Source: an uncultured bacterium
Lineage (GTDB): Bacteria; JAJVIF01; JAPKYR01
DNA length: 22,435 nt
Direction: 5' to 3'
NCBI GenBank assembly: GCA_965369865.1
Contig: CBDURU010000053.1
Span: 1 to 22,435 of the forward strand
Shown: positions 17,808-22,435 of the stretch, in pieces
Numbering within the stretch: the stretch's first letter is position 1
Layout: each line of letters starts with the position of its first letter
Program-made: the position numbers and the translations under genes
Notes under the pieces: generated by a model
Databases searched by the model: none
What the model saw: the letters and a program-made list of their open reading frames with translations, nothing else
Told to the model about the DNA's origin: nothing

Positions 17808-18449
17808 GTGATGATTCCCGAACCCCATCCCCCTCCCGGTGTGAGTGAGGGCCAGAAAATGTTGGATCGTACTGCAACCTTTGAAGGCGAAAAGTCGTTA
17901 GACCAGGCAAAAGTACGCCAGGAATTGTTTACGGACCTGGTGAACAGTATTCGTACCGAGCTTTATAATTTTGCCCTGCGTCTTACCGGGAACCGCCCTG
18001 AAGCCGAGGACCTGCTCCAGGAATCTTATTTCAAAGCCTATAAATACTTCCACCAGCTTAGAGACCGGAGCAAGTTCAAGGAATGGATCTTCCAGATCAC
18101 CGCGAACCAGTTCAAGAATTTCCTGAGGAAGAAAAAGAAGGAAAACACGTTCTATCATGATGACAGCGAGCAGGTATTTGTCGAGAAAGAAAAACCCGGC
18201 AGAAATCCCGACGAGCTTTTCATGCAGTCCGACAGGAGTTCGGTCGTACAAAAGGCTTTTGGATTTATAAGCCCGAAAATGCGCAGTGTGCTTGTACTTT
18301 TCGAAATCGAGGGTTACTCGATCGAGGAAGTATCGGACACGCTTGGAATCAGCCGCGGCACCGTAAAGAGCCGACTCCATTATGCCCGAAGGAAACTCAA
18401 GGAGATCCTGGTATCGGGTCCGATGGAAGGGAAAGTTCATTTCGGCTGA
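17808..18449 (+). CDS. ECF-subfamily RNA polymerase sigma factor
   Basis: Region 2 LYNFALRLTGNRPEAEDLLQESYFKAY...FKEWIFQITAN and region 4 RSVLVLFEIEGYSIEEVSDTLGISRGTVKSRLHYARRKL. Confidence 0.95.
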   Translation: MMIPEPHPPPGVSEGQKMLDRTATFEGEKSLDQAKVRQELFTDLVNSIRTELYNFALRLTGNRPEAEDLLQESYFKAYKYFHQLRDRSKFKEWIFQITANQFKNFLRKKKKENTFYHDDSEQVFVEKEKPGRNPDELFMQSDRSSVVQKAFGFISPKMRSVLVLFEIEGYSIEEVSDTLGISRGTVKSRLHYARRKLKEILVSGPMEGKVHFG

Positions 18450-18469
18450 ATACACAGAGGGACGGAGGG

Positions 18470-19132
18470 TTGACAAATATACGCGATGGAGCAGGCGAAC
18501 AAATAATTATGTTTAAGAATAAAAAGAAAAAATCAGGCTGTAGTTACCACCAGAATCTGATAAATAAACGACTCGACGGCGAAATTACCCCCGATGAAAA
18601 TCTGGAACTCGATGAGCATCTTGCCGACTGTCCCCAGTGTTTTGAGGATCTGAATTCGTATACGCTGATGAAGGACCTCATAAACGATATAAAGGAGAAT
18701 CCGGTCGAAGTGCCGGCTGGGTTCTTTGAAAGGCTTGCCGGGAAACTCGAAGAGGTCGCTCCTGCAAGGGGATTATCGGGGATTCTCGCTCATCCATTTT
18801 TCCAGGCGCATCGTAACTGGGCGCTTGCGGCAACCAGTTTCGTGCTGGTGAGCGTTCTTGCGTTCAGTGTCGGATCGGGAATCATGACCCGTATGGACGG
18901 CCAGGCCAATAATGGTCTGAGTCCGTCGAATTCGAGTGCGTTGATTCTTATCAACAATGGTGATTCAATAGTACTCGGTGGCGGAGATAGTAATCCGGAT
19001 CAATACGCGAAAGCTATCGATGAACTTGAGATGGCGTATCGTGAAGCCGCGGGACAGCCCGGCGGAGATGAAAATGACGGGTATATCCACACAACCTGGC
19101 AGGATGAAGAAAGTGATACACCCATCCGTTGA
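18470..19132 (+). CDS. Membrane-anchored zinc-binding anti-sigma factor (zf-HC2); start 18470 or 18509
   Basis: C......I...LDGE.......L.EHLADCPQC (HxxxCxxC), one TM helix WALAATSFVLVSVLAFSVG, directly downstream of the ECF sigma. Confidence 0.92.
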   Translation: MTNIRDGAGEQIIMFKNKKKKSGCSYHQNLINKRLDGEITPDENLELDEHLADCPQCFEDLNSYTLMKDLINDIKENPVEVPAGFFERLAGKLEEVAPARGLSGILAHPFFQAHRNWALAATSFVLVSVLAFSVGSGIMTRMDGQANNGLSPSNSSALILINNGDSIVLGGGDSNPDQYAKAIDELEMAYREAAGQPGGDENDGYIHTTWQDEESDTPIR

Positions 19133-19157
19133 TTCGATTTGAAAATTTGATAACGAT

Positions 19158-19186
19158 AACGGCCGAGGAGGTTCCTCGGTCGTTTT
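19158..19186 (+). terminator. Intrinsic terminator after the sigma / anti-sigma pair
   Basis: aacggccgagga-ggt-tcctcggtcgtt 12-bp stem followed by a short T tract. Confidence 0.65.
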
Positions 19187-19231
19187 AATTCGATAAATCC
19201 GGCGAACTGGAAAACCAGGCTCAGAAAATTT

Positions 19232-20437
19232 ATGAAAGCCGTACCCCTTAAAATATCTATCATTTTCACATGTGCCGCGATCTTTTGCTTCACAGCACAG
19301 GTCCCCGGGCTGTCCCAGGACTGGGAGGAGGGGTTCCCGGTGCGGATTACATACCAGGAACTTGGTGGTGAAGACTCAGGTTATGCGGATGCTGCACTGC
19401 TGATGTCGCTTTCGGCGGGCACACCGCTTCTTGGCCGGGAGACCGCGATAAACTCGGCATTATCGGCACTTCATGATATCTGGAAATTCGAGAGCGTGCA
19501 TGAAAATGTGCGTGGGTTCCTCGGACCGGTTGTTCCGCTCGATGTCCAGCATGCCGTGTCGGAAATCAAGGGCGCTGATTTTATTTTAGCGATAATGGCC
19601 GCTTTCGATATGGTCGGCGATGCCGGGTTTTCAAGATTTCAGGTCGATACACCTGTTCGATCCATTGAACGAGTTCCTACCAGGTTATCCACAGATCCAA
19701 GATTTTTCAGTTATCCCGACGCACCGAGGTATTTCGCGTGGGTGATTGGCGGCGAGTGGGCTGGCGGTGATATGGGTCACGAAAAATGGGTTATCGCCGC
19801 GTTGATTAATTATTCCGCATCGATCCTGAGTTTCCGCAGTGAAAATGGGCGTTTTCCAGTATCGTTTGCAGAGCTTTTAGAAACCAACCATGTCCTGATC
19901 GAACCACTGAATCCATACACCGCGGATCCGATAAGAAATGTGACTTCCCCGACTCCCGGCGACATTACGTATGATTATATTGATACCAACAGGGTTATGC
20001 TGTATGCCTATATCGAGGTGGCAGGTACCATTGATGTTGTCCGGCGGGAAATAAATGTGGCGTCGAATGGCGATTACGACCTCCTGTATCGCCAGACTGC
20101 CGGGCTTTCAGAGGATGACAAGCAGGTCGCGCGCTATACATTCCAGATAGCCCAGATTTTGAACGAGTATTATTTCCAGAATCTCGATCTGCCGTTCAAT
20201 GTTCCGCAATGCGAGGCCGAAGGATTCGCCTATGTCAGCTTCCCGAACCCGTTCAGGGGGCAGGATGTCCAGCAGTCAGATACCCTTGCCGGGATGCCGT
20301 CGGGTAATTACACCTACCACAGGATCTCCAATGCCGAATATTACCTCGTAGGTTACGGGGGGTCCGGAGAACCGGTGCTGAGGATAAGTGAAGTTTTCCC
20401 CGTTGTGATTGAAGCAGCCCCTCTCCGAGCCCAATGA
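19232..20437 (+). CDS. Secreted hypothetical protein with two GspG/pilin-head-like repeats in the C-terminal half
   Basis: Sec-type signal MKAVPLKISIIFTCAAIFCFTA; repeats SILSFRSENGRFP.SFAEL...PLNPYT...GDITY and QILNEYYFQNLDLP.NV.Q...FPNPFR...GNYTY...YYLVGYGGSG. Confidence 0.65.
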   Translation: MKAVPLKISIIFTCAAIFCFTAQVPGLSQDWEEGFPVRITYQELGGEDSGYADAALLMSLSAGTPLLGRETAINSALSALHDIWKFESVHENVRGFLGPVVPLDVQHAVSEIKGADFILAIMAAFDMVGDAGFSRFQVDTPVRSIERVPTRLSTDPRFFSYPDAPRYFAWVIGGEWAGGDMGHEKWVIAALINYSASILSFRSENGRFPVSFAELLETNHVLIEPLNPYTADPIRNVTSPTPGDITYDYIDTNRVMLYAYIEVAGTIDVVRREINVASNGDYDLLYRQTAGLSEDDKQVARYTFQIAQILNEYYFQNLDLPFNVPQCEAEGFAYVSFPNPFRGQDVQQSDTLAGMPSGNYTYHRISNAEYYLVGYGGSGEPVLRISEVFPVVIEAAPLRAQ

Positions 20438-20554
20438 GATCTCCATTTCTCATTCAGTTTTAGTCCCCGCACGCGGTCGGTACTTGTCAGGCCGGGTATA
20501 AATCGAATCAGAACCTTTTATTCAACCTCTGCAGGGTGTTATACTCCCTTGCAA

Positions 20555-21283
20555 ATGTCATCAAGCCAACCAATATTAGCGGTTTTATTCGATGTCGGTG
20601 GTCCGATTGTCGATGACTCTGAGGATATGGATTTCGTGCGGGATACGACCATCTCGTTATTGTCTGATGAACTTGGGTGGAAGTTAACGGATGTTGAATT
20701 CGATAAGGCGAGAGAACGCGCGATAAAATCATATGCTCCGTCATTTTTAAAAAGCGTGATCTGGCAGTATCTCCAGCCGGACCGCGATCGTGCCGGGAAA
20801 GTCGGGGTGGAGCTGGTTAAAAGAATATTTACCAGGCATGAGGAAGTGACTTTAACCGATGGTGTTGAGGAAGTAATCCGGAAACTTGCCGACAATTATA
20901 TCCTCGCACTCGCCGCGAACCAGCCGAACTTCATGAAAGAGAAACTGGACCGTACCGGCCTGATGAAGTATTTCAAATCGACCGAACTCTCCGCCGATCT
21001 CGGACTCCAGAAACCCGACAGTCGATTTTTTATGGAAGTGTGCAGGAGAATAAATGTCGAACCGCAGAACTGTGTGATGATCGGTGATCGCCTGGATAAC
21101 GATATCTACCCCGCTAATGTTCTGGGCATGCGTACGATCTGGCTGAAATACGGCCCGCATGCTGTCCAGGATCCGAGGATTCAGGAGGATGTCCCTGATG
21201 CCACGGTTGAAAAAATGATCGATGTGATAGATGTCATCGAGCGGTGGAGCGGCGAATCAAACGGGTCTTCACCGGATGCGTGA
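20555..21283 (+). CDS. HAD-superfamily hydrolase (subfamily IA)
   Basis: Motif I VLFDVGGPI, motif II AANQ, motif III KPD, motif IV MIGDRLDNDI. TGt-TATACT at 20537-20545 ends 9 nt before ATG 20555. Confidence 0.93.
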   Translation: MSSSQPILAVLFDVGGPIVDDSEDMDFVRDTTISLLSDELGWKLTDVEFDKARERAIKSYAPSFLKSVIWQYLQPDRDRAGKVGVELVKRIFTRHEEVTLTDGVEEVIRKLADNYILALAANQPNFMKEKLDRTGLMKYFKSTELSADLGLQKPDSRFFMEVCRRINVEPQNCVMIGDRLDNDIYPANVLGMRTIWLKYGPHAVQDPRIQEDVPDATVEKMIDVIDVIERWSGESNGSSPDA

Positions 21284-21298
21284 CGAAGGACTACTGCA

Positions 21299-22435
21299 AT
21301 TTTTACAGTTATAAAGATTTTAGGAATTCTGGCTCTACTCTACTTCCTTGTCAGGAAAAAATTCGATCTCGGTATCGCCCTTGCCCTTTGTGCTCTGGCT
21401 ACCGCGATTGTCTTTTTGATGCCCCCGCTATTCGTTGTGGAGACAGTCTGGAAAACCACGTTCGACGGCCAGTATTTTTTTAATACCGATACATGGTCGG
21501 TGCTCGCGCTGGTGCTCTTGATACTGGTTCTTTCGGGCTGCATGAGGAAGGCTGGCGCGCACGATGACATGGTCGGATCGATGCGGCGGTTGTTTATCGA
21601 TAACAGGTTTACGATCGGCACGTTACCTGCGATGATCGGTCTTCTTCCAATGCCGGGCGGAGCGCTTTTTTCAGCCCCGATGATCGAGGGGCTTGCGGAT
21701 GAAGCGAATATTTCAGCGGATGGTCGTACGTATCTTAATTACTGGTTCAGGCATGTCTGGGAGTACTCATACCCCCTGTATCCCGGCCTTATACTCCTTG
21801 CGACGATTATTGGAACGGAATTACATGAATTGATAACCTACATGTTTACGTTGAGTCTTGCCGCGATTCTCGGCGGGTCGCTTTTTGGATTGCTTGGTAT
21901 CGAAAAACACCTGAAAAAGGGGCTGAAAGGTTCCGAAATGAAGGCGGAGCTCAAGACGTTCATTCGGGGATTCTGGCCGATCCTGCTGATCCTGATCGGT
22001 TATGTGGGCCTGAACCTCCCGTTTCTGTTAATCCTTCCCGTAACTATATTATTGTTCGGTGTAACGAGACTCGGGTTTCGAAAATTTATTTCCACTTCAG
22101 CTACGTCTATAGATGTCAAACTCGTTCTCACAATTTATGCGGTACTTGTTTTCAAGGATGTAATAAATAACAGCGGGGCGGTCGATGAACTCGCGGTTGT
22201 GTTTGAAACCTGGGGGGTTCCCCACCTTGTACTGTTTATCATTCTACCAATGTTGATAGGTTACCTTACCGGAATCACGCATTCATACGTCAGTGTCGCG
22301 TTTCCTCTTTTACTCCCGTTTCTCCTGGATTCTTCCGGTAATGTCGACTTCTCCAAAGTCCAGCTTGCATATACTTTCGGGTTTATCGGGGTACTGTATT
22401 CACCGGTTCATCTGTGCATCGTCCTGTCGACAAAA
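21299..22435 (+). CDS. DUF401-family integral membrane protein, cut by the right edge and missing from the ORF track; start codon anomalous
   Basis: My translation is open to the window end and contains LPAMIGLLPMPGGALFSAPMI, NYWFRHVWEYSYPLYPG and YSPVHLC with many TM helices. Confidence 0.88.
   Translation, partial: MFTVIKILGILALLYFLVRKKFDLGIALALCALATAIVFLMPPLFVVETVWKTTFDGQYFFNTDTWSVLALVLLILVLSGCMRKAGAHDDMVGSMRRLFIDNRFTIGTLPAMIGLLPMPGGALFSAPMIEGLADEANISADGRTYLNYWFRHVWEYSYPLYPGLILLATIIGTELHELITYMFTLSLAAILGGSLFGLLGIEKHLKKGLKGSEMKAELKTFIRGFWPILLILIGYVGLNLPFLLILPVTILLFGVTRLGFRKFISTSATSIDVKLVLTIYAVLVFKDVINNSGAVDELAVVFETWGVPHLVLFIILPMLIGYLTGITHSYVSVAFPLLLPFLLDSSGNVDFSKVQLAYTFGFIGVLYSPVHLCIVLSTK

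Noticed and set aside
19685..19693. Perfect DnaA box TTATCCACA
   Set aside because: Single copy inside a CDS with no cluster or AT-rich flank; compatible with chance.
21281..21320. Selenocysteine recoding of the HAD stop codon
   Set aside because: The downstream hairpin (actgcaa-ttt-ttacagt) is weak with no G in the loop, and the position is a linker rather than a Cys-equivalent site.

Overview
Bacterial chromosomal window (coding DNA roughly 50% GC, AT-rich intergenic gaps) that looks origin-proximal. Left to right: a 40-bp tandem repeat and a lone short hicB; a minus-strand flgB-flgC-fliE-fliF operon that stops without fliG; a very AT-rich gap with clustered DnaA boxes (candidate oriC, no dnaA in the window); a GT2 glycosyltransferase; a lipoprotein with ten Cys-patterned Ig-like repeats; gyrase genes in the reversed order gyrA-gyrB; a 233-aa protein that looks like two PilB/GspE N2-type domains with no ATPase; an inverted pair of REP-like palindromes; a PKD plus beta-propeller lipoprotein; an ECF sigma / zinc anti-sigma pair with a candidate autoregulatory promoter; a secreted protein with two pseudopilin-head-like repeats; a HAD hydrolase; and a partial DUF401 membrane protein whose N-terminus has no canonical start codon. 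I found no CRISPR array, rRNA, tRNA, transposase or integrase. All family calls come from motif recognition by eye, with no database search. I cannot demonstrate one coherent new system; the best leads are the oriC arrangement, the two tandem pilus-derived domain proteins and the DUF401 start anomaly.
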